DNA of 63,987 bases, filler included, from Platydemus manokwari (Eukaryota), in NCBI GenBank assembly GCA_037951405.1. It is 5 parts of 5 records of this genome, joined end to end, with 100 filler letters (N's around TTAATTAATTAA, not from the genome) between each part and the next. Parts side by side here need not be neighbours in the genome. Positions count along the whole stretch, not along the records: positions 12,036 to 21,907 come from JBBMOY011194321.1; positions 22,008 to 32,098 come from JBBMOY011170767.1; 3 more parts are not named here. One strand, 5' to 3'. Under the pieces are notes generated by a model. The model saw nothing but the letters and a program-made list of their open reading frames with translations, was not told the origin of the DNA and searched no databases. The position numbers and the translations under genes were made by a program. Below, in pieces: positions 12,630-26,412 of the stretch. Positions within the stretch are counted from its first letter, which is position 1. The number at the start of each line of letters is the position of its first letter.

Positions 12630-14733
12630 ATGAATAAATCTTCAAAGCGAAGTCATTCCAGGTAAATTCGTTTCACATGTTCATTTTTCTGTAAATATTG
12701 ATTTTTTCTTTTCAATATCATTGATAATTTTGATAATTTACTGGTCACCGTTTTATGTTTGTAGAGAAACAACGGACTCAGTGAGAGATGGTGGAATCGA
12801 CATTCCACAGTCTTCTAAATCTTTCAGTGCAGCCGATGCGGAAAATTTTCTGACCAAAGCCGTCAAAATATTCACATCGTTGTCTGAATTAAATGATCTG
12901 AAAAACATTTACGAAATGGGCAAGCAATTGAGTCGATTGTATTTTGACTGTGCCGAATTTCGTCCCCATCTCAGTGCAAAACTTATCAAACTGGAATTTC
13001 CGGAATTTGTCGTCAAAATGATGAAGAAGCTCAATAATATGGGCATTTTCAAGCATGATGACATTTGGTTTTCTTCTTTCTATTTTTATAATATATGCTG
13101 GAATTATTCGGAGAGTTCTTTTGAATTTGCTACTGCTTTGTCCAATGCAAGCCTACCCAGCTTGATTGTAATGAATCTTTTGCACAAACCGTATCTAGAA
13201 AATCTGTCAAGTCGCAACATCTATTTCCTCATCAAAGCCTCATTGAGCATCATGCACAATTTGTGTCGTTATCCTGGAAATAGATTCATGTTTAAGTCTG
13301 ATAAAGTTAAAGATGCACTCATTGATTTTACAAGTCGTGAAGAAGAACTCATTAGAGTAATTTCGATTCTTTGTTTAGCATTCCTTTTAGAAGACGACGA
13401 AGCGGCAGTGGTTATCAAACAATGGAATAGCTTTACTTTTAATTTTATCGATATAATCACAAAGGCTAAGTTGCACGATCGCGGCAGATTTATGGGATTT
13501 GCAACTTGGGAATTGCTTCAAGCCTTAACGATATTTAGCAGCAATGACAGTGTAAAAAAAGCTATTGTAGAATCCAAAGGCTTGGTGATGGTTTTTGATA
13601 TTCTTAGTAAAGCTTCAAATGTAGAAGAAGTTAGGGAATGTCTCATGATCGTCTGGAATTTCGCATTTGATAATGATTTGAAATCTATATTGATTAAGCA
13701 GCACAATGCATTACAGGTAATAGACTCTTTTCTCAATCATGAAGATGAGGAAGTACGAAACAATGCGGCTGGAATTAAATGGCTCCTCGAAGATCATATG
13801 AAAAGTGGTCGTTTATTGACAGAAATAGTTCCATCACAACCAACCCCGATAAGCACAGCTGGATTTCATGTCTATATCTGTTTTGCAGAAGAAAATCGGG
13901 AAATAGTTCAGAGGATTGCTGACAGACTGAAACGAGCTAATTTGTCGCTTGTACTACCAAAAAATTCCAACATCGAATCGGCTCTTAAAAATCAAGAAAA
14001 TCGATACCGGGGAATTGTACAGTCGACTCTATTTTTGTTTGTTTTATCCGAAGCCAGTAAATCTTGTCAACAATGCCGTTCAGAAACACAATATGCAGCA
14101 TATTTGAAAAAACCAATTATCCCAGTAATAGTACAAACAAAATTCAAACCGTCTGGTTGGATGGATAAGTTCACTGATAAATTGTTCTTTGATTTCGGTG
14201 GCAAACGAGATTTTGAAACTAATATTGAATTGTTGAAAAATACTCTTCTTAGTGAATGTATGAACGATGAAGATTTGAAGTCCGTTCATTCTTTGAAATC
14301 GGGAAATTCTCGACCGGAAATAATCGCTCAATTGCCGGTTAACTGCCGGTTGCAGTTAGCTCACTCAATGGACTCTTCACACAGACATCATTTCAATCAC
14401 AGCGCAAGTCTTAATAGCAATCAACCACCGCTTCTAGATTCTACCGATCAGTTGCCAGAACTCGTCCCGAACAAAATTAACTCCAACTTATCAACCATAG
14501 AAAGTATTAAGAAATGGTCGAAAGAAGAAGTGACCGAATGGTTGGTGAGCAGTGATTTATCACATCTGAGATTAAAATTGTCTAAATTTAACGGAGCGAT
14601 GCTGGCATCTCTTCTAGAAATCAAACGAGAAGCGCCTGAATATTTCTATAAGTGCTTGGAAGAAAAACTTGAACTGCATTTCATGGATACTTTAGCATTT
14701 ATCGATGCCCTTCATAAACTGACTAGTTGTTGA
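12630..14733 (+). CDS. ARM-repeat / TIR / SAM domain protein (~666 aa); exons 12630-12661 and 12765-14733
   Basis: Exon 1 ATG AAT AAA...TCC AG|gtaaat joins in phase 2 to tttgtag|A GAA ACA. Helical ARM-like repeats (ASLSIMHNL, LLQALTIFSSNDSVKKAI, CLMIVWNFAFD, VRNNAAGIKWLL). TIR at ~13864-14260 (FHVYICFAEENREIVQRIADRL...LFLFVLSE...CRSETQYA..LKKPIIPVIV...PSGWM...FDF). C-terminal SAM-like domain at ~14506-14720 (IKKWSKEEVTEWL...FNGAMLASL). Confidence 0.85.
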
Positions 14734-17700
14734 AAAATAGTGATAGTTGCCGCTTATGATGTTTATTTACCTTTTCTCAATCTGCAGTCATTTTTATTTT
14801 TCAAGATATTCTTGTCTAGGTTTACTGTGTTGAATATTTAGAATTTTATCTATTGTTTTACAACATAGATTGCTGATTTTTTTTTAAAATGAAAGTGCTT
14901 AGAAACTTTACTTGATTCGATTAAAAAATAGCAAAGAAATGAAGTTGTTTCTTATTGAATATTATATTAAAATGTTCTTTATTTTTCCCTAATTAATAAC
15001 CAATGAGAGATCAGGAAATAAATAAAAATATTTATTTTTGTATTGATTTTCAGATGAAATAGAATTTTAAGGGAAAAATTAAAGAAATACGTAGATTTTA
15101 CAATGGATAAAAAGATATATATATATATATATTTATTAAGAATTTATATCAAAAATGTATTTTGTTTAAATGATTAGGTTAAATGTGCTTTGTGTGGCTG
15201 ACTTTTTAATTCGTTTCCAATCCACAGTTTATGAATTAGTAGCACTTAATGTAGCGAACACGTATTTGGATTCAATTCTGAGAAGATCAACTGCAGAACA
15301 TTATAGAAAAGAAGACGATATTATACTAGACGTCGAAAAATTATGGATAGCAAAACACGATTGTTATCAAGTTCAAATGTTGATTAGGTATTTTTCTGGA
15401 TCGCCTCTATTTTATCAACTACGAACAAATGTAGTGGATTGCTAGTGGAAAAGTAGACTACAGATTTATCACAATATAAATATTCTTAAAATTTAAAAAG
15501 GTTTTTTATACAACACTCTTTTTTCTATTGTGATGTATTTTTGTGTTATCTTTTTATTAAATACGTCTTTTCAGTTTGAATTTTAAATATTTTTTTTATT
15601 CAATTCACGGGCATTCATTTTAAAAACCAAAAATTTCTTCGGGTGCAAAGCAGTAGGATGTATTGATTTTACGATATCTATATATGTCATTGTATTCATG
15701 GGATTCTTGTCTGTGCGCATTAGGATTTCGGAAAGTGTTTCTTATCACTGTCGTTGATTTTATCCAGATGTTTTGAGGATATTAATTGGTCGTCATAAAT
15801 TTATAAATATCGAACTTATAAACGAAAAAATGCTGATGTAAATATTAAAGGAATAGTTTAGAGAAAGATTTCTTACCCCGTTTTCTATCATAATGAAATC
15901 TCGTCATTCTCTGCAGTGATTTGAAAATTTAATTAATTAGAAATATTTCGTATTTTTAGATTTCAAACAAAATGACGACAAAAATTATGTTGATGTTCTT
16001 CTTTGTAGTGTAGTGAAATGAATTCAGAGATTTGATGGGTAATAATTCAGAATTATGTCGCAAATACTTGCTTTTTTAACCGGTCATATAATTCAATACA
16101 AGGATGGTCTATAAAACACAGAAATCCAATATACGAAATCTTGGTAATTCATTTCTATTTCGATATCGATTTAAACAAAAAATGAATTATTTGACAATAT
16201 TTTGACAATAAGTCATTTTAAATATCTCTTTATTTGTTGTTTAGAAATGTCAAATTGGTAATAAATTTTCTCATCCCGTGATCTGTCATTAAATAATATC
16301 ACGGGAATTTTATTTGACTTTTCTTTTCGTACAAGATATCACAAAAATTTCTCTCTACAGAAAAGGACATTTTTCTCATAAATAGTTCTTGAAATAATTT
16401 TTAAAATATGTTTTGATTATCGCTTTTAAAATATTGTTACCCTGGACATTTTTGAATTTTTTTCGATTCACAACATGTAATCTATTGAAGAGATCGAAAT
16501 TTAGCTAACACAGTTAATAACAACTTATATATAATTAAAACAAAAACATTAAAAATCCGAACATCCTTAATTAGCCATTGCTTTAGTCACGTAAATAAAT
16601 CTTAATATCTTAATTGATCAAGGCTTATTACAAAAAATAGCAAAACCAGTAACTGCTATCACCATTTTTAAAAGATAACAAATAAAGTCAGAATAGGTAT
16701 ACATGTTACTAAATAAAAATAAGATCATTATGTTATTAAACAAACAGACCTGTACATACAGGATTCTAATATATAAAATAGTTGTTATAACACAAAATGA
16801 TTATTGTTCAATCGTTAAGAGGCTTAAATTAAGAAAAGGGGTTCTTTGAAATACTTTCATTATGATGAATTTTCGCATGTACAATAATTTTATAAATTAA
16901 GTTTATTTAAATTATTCTGAGATTTTGTGCCAATATTGATTTTTATAAAAATATAATTTAAGATCAAAATTGTATGAATTAATTATTCTTCGATACTATG
17001 GTAATATATTTATCGATTTCGAATATTGATGGATCGATATGAATGAATAATATTATCATGTTGATAAACAAAGTTTAGAAGGATACTGTGTTGAGCACAC
17101 AAATTGATAAAATAAATGTACATGTAAAATAAATAACAGCGAAAAGGAAAATATAAAGATATAACAATGAATAATGACCAGAAATTAATAATAAATGCAC
17201 GAAATAAAGTAAAATTATAATAAAATGATTTAGTCTGATGTCTTTCTAATACACAATGCTTCTTTGACCTGGCTTTTACTGGATCCGAGTACTATTAGCT
17301 CACATAATTGATTATGTAATCAGAATTGTTTCATTCAACTGCGAATTTGCTATTTTGTATTATCTGTTTTTGTCTTTCGTATTATTTATAGCTAGCATTC
17401 TGATTAATTTGATAATGGTCAGACAGTTAGTGGAATTTATTGATCTATTAACGGTTGACAGTAACAAAAACTGATATAATAGTTCAAATTATCCATGACA
17501 TGTCATAGTCACATATCACAACACTAAAATTACATCATAATTTCGCAATGTTAAACCCATGAAATCGTGTTGTTATTTTTAAGCAATTCTTGTCGATTTT
17601 GACATCAGTACGATTATATTTAACTATTAGATAAATAAAATCGATTCATTTCCCCATTTTATTGGGGTTTAATGAATGTTTTCGATAAAATCCGAGTGTC

Positions 17701-20700
17701 ACTCTTTTCGTTTTACTTTAAAGTTTATGAATTGTATTCTCGTTATAATTACTGTACACCCTGTGTCATGCGTTCATCTTTTATATAATATAAACATCGG
17801 TATAAATATCCTAGAATCAAAACCGATAATGTCTTAAAATCAGTCTCAGAACAGTTGAGGCTATTTTTGAATTTAAACTTCACCTTGTAAAACATAAATA
17901 CAATTCCATCAATGTTTTTCTTTCCGACAAAAATCCCAAAATAACAATCGATAAAATTGAAGTGAAATTGAATAAATCTCATATGAAAGTACATGAATAT
18001 ATTTCATAAAATAATTCAATAATTCATTTCCCATCATACATACAATAAGAGAAATTTCTTTCAATCTAAACAGTGGACTTCTGATTTCCATTTTTGAGTT
18101 TTGTTTTCATTTAAGGAAAATCAATGGTTAATCATTCAGAGAAACGTGAAAATCGATAATTTGTGATCTGAACATACGAAAGGAAATTCATATCCAGTAA
18201 TAATTGTCTAATAATATGGAGTTGTAGTGGATAAAGTCGTAGGGGCAATTTGTCTTTGGTGGTGTGGTATACATTCAACAAAGTCGATGCAGTTTAAAGG
18301 AAAATCCACTGCAAATTGCATAATTATGGGAATCGAAAGTTTTATTCACGATTCCATAATGGTAATTATCAGCAATCATAATTTACCAGTGAATGTGAAG
18401 GACGAAGATTTCATTTCATTGATCAAAATATGCAAACGAAAATAATTGATTCTGCTGTTAATCAAAATAATGAAGTAGAAAATATTGACAAATCTAAAAT
18501 TTCTTCTTTTTTTAAAAAATATCTGCCTATTTTTAACTATTTTTAAAAATATTTCAAAATCCTTTATTTTCGTTCAATGTTTTAACTGGAAATATTGCAG
18601 ATGTTGAGTCTTCCTGGTGTAGAGCACAGCAATACTCGTTACTCTATTAATATGACTTCAAAAGACAATAAGTGGATCATTAAGTTCAATTTAGTATAAC
18701 AATGGACAAATCAGTCACATGGGACTGAGAACTTAAATAAGATTTGTCAATTAAATAAAAACGGATTTTGTCCGTTCACAATCTTATCGATACGGTCTAA
18801 TGATCAACTCCTGACCTTACCACGACGCTTGTAAATACCATAATCCATACTCTTTTACAATACATTGCAGTTAATTCTACTAATGTTAGTAAATACTTTC
18901 ACTAATATAGTGTTCAATGTTTTAGAAATATAAATAAATTTCCCAGGTCGAAAAATCATTCTTGTCAGTCCTTTTAGTGGCAGTCTTCATCTGATTATCA
19001 TGACATTATATACTGATTTTTCTCTCCTCACTGTGTTGCAATTCCACACACGTTAGCTTGACATTTATAAAATGTCAAATCAATAATTATCGATTTATTC
19101 CGAATAAACAAATTATATTTTTTAATTATTTTATTTTATTAGTTTTTAGTGGTTATTATTCGTTGTGCTCTTAGGAGAAAAAATATCAATTCCCCTGTCA
19201 AATTCTTTGCTTTATATAAAAATATTAATCAATAAAAGTTTTATAAAATTATTTACTCTAATTATTAGTGATTCTTAAAATGTGAATGTCGAAATTCTAA
19301 TCGATAAATAATAATATTAATAAATATTTATTGACAAAACAACGGCCTTGCTGAGATTAAGGTCGCGAGTGTGACATGTTTTAATAACGACATACTTTTA
19401 TTGCCAGTTGATCCAACAGTCACAGAAATTTTTAGTAAAACACATGATCCTATTTACCAAAATTCGTGATTAACTTTTATCGAAGTAACTCTGAGCAGAT
19501 TATGAAACGGAAATCAAGATTTAAATACAAAATAGATTAATATCGTTACAAACAAATCCATTGTATTTTTAAGCTTCTTGTCATAGATAGAATATATTCG
19601 GCGTTTCGAAAATTACTAATGCACCCTTAATGTACTGCCCGTAAAATATTTTTTAAATGTTATATTTTTTTTGATAAATCACTAAGCCTATGACAATTAT
19701 AATTCTAAACCATTTTTAGGAGTTCACTGATAGCCAGACTGCATATCGAACATCCAATCCCAAGCGAGAAAGTACCAAATATTTGATTGGATCAAAATTT
19801 ATGAACTCAATACTTCAAAAATCTTATGTATTTGTAGAGAGATTCTGTTGGTTAAAATTATTTCGAAATAAATAATCGTATATAATCATTAAATTCAGCC
19901 TTGATGCATCTAATACCGATTTAAGAACCAGGATACAATTGTTAGTCTTACTGATGATGGCTTTTTCTATCATTGTGTAATAATGATAAACAATATATTG
20001 TGTTTTAAGCACTATTTTGAGTGCATTCATCGTAATTACGAGCCCTCAGAGATAAAATTAAGCCACAATTATAATCAGATCCCTTTTCAATTGAAAGAAA
20101 ACTATAACTTAATAATTTGTTAACACCGTGCTATTTGTTATTGTTGTCTTTGTGTTACCAAGCAACATCATGTGTATATTCCATATCGTTCTCTTTGCTG
20201 AATATATTCCTTGGATAAACTTTAAAAAAAACATCATAAACATTCGTGTAATTTCTCAAGGCTTTTGAAATTTTTTCTTGATTGATATCGATATACTACA
20301 TGTGGTTATTCACATTAAATAATTTAACAAATATTTATTCCAGAATTAACACACAGCTAAAGATAGATTGACAGTTATCAACTGTGGTTCACTTGATAAT
20401 GACCAACAACATACATAATATCAATCTAATATCCCTTTATTGTAGTTTTTTTGAATTTTCATTAGATTTTCAGAAAACTCGGTTAACAACAGCAATTTTC
20501 CGGGCACAAACAACGTGATTCAAAAATTTCAAACAACATTCGAGTTGGTAAAGAAAATATTGTGATTAGGAGAAACACCGTAATTATTTTACAAAAGCGA
20601 TGCCGAACAGAACTTTAGTATAAAGCGAAAATTATTGGACTATCAAATATATTCAATTTCTCTTTATTAATTTATCCGTGACATAATGGAAAACTCGAAA

Positions 20701-21907
20701 ATGTGGCATTTATGTTTTATAAAAGTATTAAAATGAAATAGACATATCGAGCTACACGTCTGTTTATCGTTATATATAGATCCAATCACAATTTGTTGAA
20801 AACTAACGAGTATCCTTTTTTTAATATTAAGTGTGTCGAGTGAGATGAAATTACGCAAAAGAAAAAAAATTAACCTTAGAACTCGTGTTTAAGCACTTTA
20901 AATCTTTACATGCCCACTCAACCCTACAGGCATAGCAATCAGCCAATCACAACGGAGTTAGATGGTAAACGACAATTGGAAAAAAGCATGTCATGAGTTT
21001 CATAAGTTCATTTTTAGTTAAATAAATTTTAATTAAATAAAAAAATCATGTAGAAATGTTGCGATTAAAATAGGAACTTGATTTGAAAACTGTGTTTTGT
21101 CCCTGTTCGGCATCCTTTAAATTGAGATGTTAATAGAATTATCCTAATAAATCAAACATCGCAATTACATATAAAATTTATTCATTATAACAAAGTAGGT
21201 CACACCCCTTTTAAATCCAATTTTTCATTTCATATTACTTACTAAAACGAACAAATTGAATTTATGATAATATTTTATTACAAGAGCTAGAATATTGATT
21301 AAGTTGAAGCACAGTTTATCGAATTAATAAAAAACATCATTTCAGTCATCATCTTATGCAGGGAAATTGATTTAATATAAATGTAAGGCTTAGGTCTTAA
21401 ATTGTTAATTAAAATTCTCAATTACAACTTTTGCGAAAAACACCAGTTAATTCGCAATCGATTTCTATGAAGCTTTGCTTAAAAATAATTAATTTTAAAG
21501 TCAAAGTGTTTCACGAATAACATGTCAAATTTATTAATTAAAGATTCCTAATTCGTTATTTAGAAATTAAATTCACAAATTAAGCCAGTTAATTCTATTG
21601 CAACTTGGGTTAATTTTTAATTGCAACGATGTAAAGTTATGATTTATGATAAATTAAATTCATCCAACGCTAAATTAGCAAATCAATGACTAAAGTTTAA
21701 AACTTATGTGCTAAAATGAAATTTTAAATTTTTTGAGTATATTGCAAAAATTTACATAGTTTATTTAATTATATTCTTTAAAAACATTTTGAATTATTTA
21801 TTTAAGTAATTAAAAAGAATTTTAATTGTTTGAAATCAAATATTAAATACACTAGAACTTTAAAATCTCCTTAAAATTTGATTATTTGAAAACGGATAAA
21901 AGTAGGT

Positions 21908-22007
21908 NNNNNNNNNNNNNNNNNNNNNNNNNNNNNNNNNNNNNNNNNNNNTTAATTAATTAANNNNNNNNNNNNNNNNNNNNNNNNNNNNNNNNNNNNN
22001 NNNNNNN
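21908..22007. other. Artificial contig-joining linker
   Basis: N run containing TTAATTAATTAA at 21952-21963; total 100 nt. Confidence 0.95.
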
Positions 22008-22160
22008 AAAAACGGATACCAGTACGAAGGCCCCTATCGAATTACCGGATTCAAGTCAGACAGACAGGTGGAGATTCAATTCCCGCACTCGATAAAATCC
22101 AGACGATTAGAGTGGCTGAAACGGTGGAGCGGGCCTTAAGAGGAGACGAGTAACGTGATT
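22008..22160 (+). mobile_element. Ty3/Gypsy LTR retrotransposon 3' end (integrase GPY/F region plus polypurine tract)
   Basis: 22008-22139 reads KNGYQYEGPYRITGFKSDRQVEIQFPHSIKSRRLEWLKRWSGP*. YEGPYRI is the GPY/F motif, and it is followed by purine-rich aagaggagacgag. Confidence 0.6.
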
Positions 22161-24561
22161 AAATAAATAAACACGTGGTGTTTGTTTAAATAATTGATTG
22201 GCGGTTGATTGTAGTTTTTCATATAAATATCATGATGGAATGTGCTTATGACTTAAATATTTTGTTAATAGCTTTATTGGTGTTTGATCAAATATTCAAG
22301 AACATTTACAAAATTATTATGGGATTGTTGATCATTATAATTAGACTGGATAGTTAAATATTCTGTCAATGATAAATGTAAAATCAATCAATAAATACAA
22401 TTTATGAAATATCACTGCAATATGATGTTGATTATATTTCTTAAGGTTGTTACGAATATATAATATTCTGAATCCAAGATGTAGATAACGATTTAAAAAT
22501 CTTATGAAACGAAATTCATGTTGGAAATGGATTAAAGGAACTTTGTTAAGGCCATCTTAGAAAACTTAAAGATTAAAGCAATCTTTAAGTATTCATATGA
22601 AGATCATAAACATGAAGACTACAAATATTTAACGAAGTTGATAGCTTTGGTTCAAGAATTATAGCATGAATTTTTAAAAAAATTTAAAATGGCCAAAACA
22701 TTTTCAAAAAATAATTTACTTAGCACTGATATTGACATTGAAAATATAATGAAAAGTTTAAATTTATTTTAGTTGCTATAAGTGTACGATAAAACGATAA
22801 ATCATCAGAATAGTAAATTTATAATTGCAAAACAGTATATTGTGTCCAGGATGGAATGGCGATTGCATCAATTTTTATATTTGCAATCTGTGTGTAATTT
22901 TTTGTGTCATCTCGTATCATATTCTGATTCGATGTTTGCTTTTCCATGTTCTTATTGAGATTTTAAGTCTTTGTTGAGTGGGATTGGTCAAAATCTATTT
23001 CTGTGTTGTTATGTGGCTATGCCGCCTTTTCTATTGTAGTTTATCATCTAACTTCACTGTGATTGATTAGTTGCTGTAACTGTATGGTCTTGCAGGTATG
23101 CCAATGTTTAGCATGCTTAACAAAGGATTCCAAGATGCGAATGCGTTTTCCTTTTGCTGAATTTCATCTCACCCAACATATGATAAACTGATTGTTATTT
23201 AGTCGGTTTATTCTATCTTTTTGTAAATAAAATCATGGAGTTCTATTAAAGGCATTAATACAGTGTTTCCTATAAGAAAATTAATATATGAGTGAAAATA
23301 ATATTTAAACATAGATTTTGTTTAATTATATAAATAAAATATTACTTCGATTTTATAAAATTTATCATTATTAATCTAGGCGCTATATGATAATATTGTA
23401 CTATAATCTTTAACCTATCTGGGCTCCAAATACAACGTTGGTGCTGCAATTTACCAATTAAGAAATTAAATCTGTCATGCGTTGGCAATTGATCAAGGCC
23501 TCAGAAAATATTTTGTCCTGTGAACTTACAAATGACTTTGAAGAATTTTCTAATAGGAGTTAAGGGCCTAATCATACTTCTAGTCTTAAAAGAAACTACA
23601 ACAAGAAGTATTCAAAAATGTCTAAACTAACCATAGGAAAAACCTAAACTTACCATGGTAGGACAACAAGGACACTGATAAAATACCCCCATAACGTTAA
23701 AAAGCTTCACAATATCTCTAATTCAAAGAGAAATGTTAACAGATCACAATACCTAAATAAAACCAAGACAAAAATAAAAAGTAAAGGGAGGGACTTTGAA
23801 GTGATTAGATCAGCTGCTTAAACAGAGATGAATTCCTTAGTTCTGGGCTTTTCGATCAGTGAACCCCACTTACGTTTGATTAAAATGTGCATTAAAATCA
23901 ATACGGCAACATCTCCTCTATCGTCATTTTCTTTTCATTTTTATTTTGATTTTTGAAATCATTTTGATAGTTTAAGAAATTCTGTTTTTAAAAATAAATA
24001 AACTGAAAATTTAAAATATACATTAAATTTTATAAATTTTAACGATTTTTAAACGATAACGATTCAATGTTTTTGCAGTTTTAACTGAAAATATTTGATG
24101 AATAACCTGTGGTATGCAATTCCATGGAAATTTCAATTTTTATTTGCCTTACACCATCATTTGAATTTTTCTTTTAATCCAAAGAGCTTGTAAATTCTGT
24201 CCTCCTTGTATGAAATAAGTCAGTCTGAGATGAAATTAAAATGAAAGATGAAAATGAAAACTAGTATTAAATGTGTTTTCAAAAAACATTGTTGTTGGAT
24301 ACTATTGTTATTGTATGAAAATTTGAAAGATTGATATGAGATAAATCATCTGTATTTACAAAGTATCAAGTTAAGGAATATCGAAACAATCATAGGTGCA
24401 CATATTGAATGCCGACGCACACCTATAATGTTAATATTACGAAAATGTAAAATAAGTTAGAAGATAGAAAGAGAACATTATTATAAACCAATAAAATAAG
24501 ACTTCAACAATATATTTCATCAAAAGTTTGAATTTTATTTTATTTTTATAATATATCTGAG

Positions 24562-25466
24562 ATGTTACTCTTGTTTCTTATTAACTTTATAATTGGTATC
24601 GATTCTGATAACTTTTACATTCAAACAGAAAGCTGTGTTTATCATCGATTAGAATCAATAACAATTGACTCATTCTTACAATGTCCTATCGAATGTGAAG
24701 TCGAGCAATGTAAAGCGTTCTATTACAACAATATCGATTCAATATGTAATCTGTACGAGTTTGGTGAGATATGCCAATCCAATACAAAGTGTCCTAATGT
24801 GACAATATTTATTAATAATCGATATAATAATATGGTAAATCGATTTAGTCATTTGTTGATAAAATATGTCTATTATTTATTTTTTAGTTTGAAGGAAACT
24901 CGACGAGTGTCGCCTTTCAATTATGCAATCATATCGATTACAAATACGATTATGGTTATCCATCAGTATTCAATATTATCTATGCAACACAAGCAGTTCC
25001 AATCCGTGTTGGGAAAGATAACAAAATAAATATTGCAATTGGAACTTATAAAACAAGTAAATTGATTGTGTATCCTAAAGTCGATTTTTTATTCGAAAAT
25101 AAATATAAAATATATAAATTGGCGAACAATTTCGTGAGATATTTAACAGGAGGAAACTGTACCGATTATAAACAATGCTTTTATTCAATTGAAAACTCCT
25201 ATAGATATATTGGAAAGAGAAATCAGGTTTTTGAAATTACTAGTATTTCGATATTTAATTTTAAGGATTTGTCAAATAAACTAACCAATTATAAGTGGCA
25301 CTTTATCGTTAGTGGAACATTTTGGAGTCAGGGTATTAAGCCTGAATTACAACGTCTGGTTAATCTCTACGGCATTTGTATAACAAGGAAAAAGGGTTCT
25401 ACGACCTGGTTCATTCGAGATAATATTTGTAAAACTCGAACGAATACTATTGAGGAACATTGTTGA
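24562..25466 (+). CDS. Secreted PAN/apple-domain protein, paralogue A (283 aa); exons 24562-24834 and 24888-25466
   Basis: Hydrophobic signal MLLLFLINFIIGIDS and PAN/apple Cys pattern SFLQCPIECEVEQCKAFYYNNIDSICNLYE. A 53-nt GT-AG intron (ATG|gtaaat...tttttag|TTT GAA GGA) joins the two listed ORFs in frame. Confidence 0.8.
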
Positions 25467-26412
25467 TCGAAACTTTATTTGATTACAGTAAAATTTGTAA
25501 CTGACATGCAATTTTATTTCGTGTTGCTGATGATAATAAATATGATCACATCAACGATTTGAATTTTTTTTATTTATTTATATTTATTTATTTATAATGT
25601 TACTTCAAGTATGTATTAATATTATGCACTAAAGAAGTTGCTCATTATTATATCAGATAATTCATATTTATAAAACACACAAATTAATTATATTATAAAT
25701 TATATTTTTATAATTAAAAAATAATTTATTATTTTAATTTATATATTAATATTATCATTATCATTTACATTATATCAACTGCTAAAATATTTTGATTATC
25801 CTTTATTACAGGTGCTTATTAATGTAAATACAGATAAATTATCTCATTTTAATCTTGAACATTTTCAAAGCAACACAAAAGTCACCAATAACAATGACAT
25901 CGTTTATGTGGCGACATATTTTACATTACCCTTTATTATTTTCATTCATTTTAATCTCATTGGAAACTAACTTAGTTATTTTTTAAACAAGGAATTCGAT
26001 GTTGTAATGATTACCAGAAGAATTTGTTTGATGGAGTACGGTAAACAATGAAACATAAAATGAAATTATTCAGTAAAAGCGAGGCTTTCAATTTATATAG
26101 TTTGTGAGGTAAATTTGAATTAACCAAGATTAATTTTAAATAATAATTTTAACAAAAATTCTAATTACAATTTTCAGTGAATTACCTAATATAAAGTAAT
26201 TATTAGTTGCTAACACTTTTTCATTTTTATGTTGGATTCAAAAGTCATAATTTTTTTAACACAATAATATTATGTTTCCATATTATATCTTTTTCAAACA
26301 AATATTATTTTCAAAATTCTTTAAAAATATAAAATTTTAATCGATATTTAAAATCTTAATGTACATATTTCAGTTTTCAATTTTTTAAAATGATTGTTTA
26401 ACATTTTTTTTT

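Noticed and set aside
12721-12764. ORF-track N-terminus MIILIIYWSPFYVC as a signal peptide or TM segment of the TIR protein
   Set aside because: It starts at TTG and lies within the inferred intron (acceptor at 12763-12764). The real start is likely the ATG at 12630.
13269-14331. Three minus-strand ORFs inside the ARM-TIR-SAM gene
   Set aside because: They are antisense shadows of a real CDS with no recognisable motifs.
15170-15445. 91-aa plus-strand ORF downstream of the TIR gene as a partner gene
   Set aside because: No recognisable domain. The opposite strand has a faint hAT-like NRGD..YLINI remnant, so it is more likely decayed TE; too weak to call either way.
18227-18445. 72-aa ORF with IISNHNLPVNVKDEDFISLI, faintly like a hAT/Ac transposase N-terminal region
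   Set aside because: A single short motif with no supporting flanking transposase sequence.
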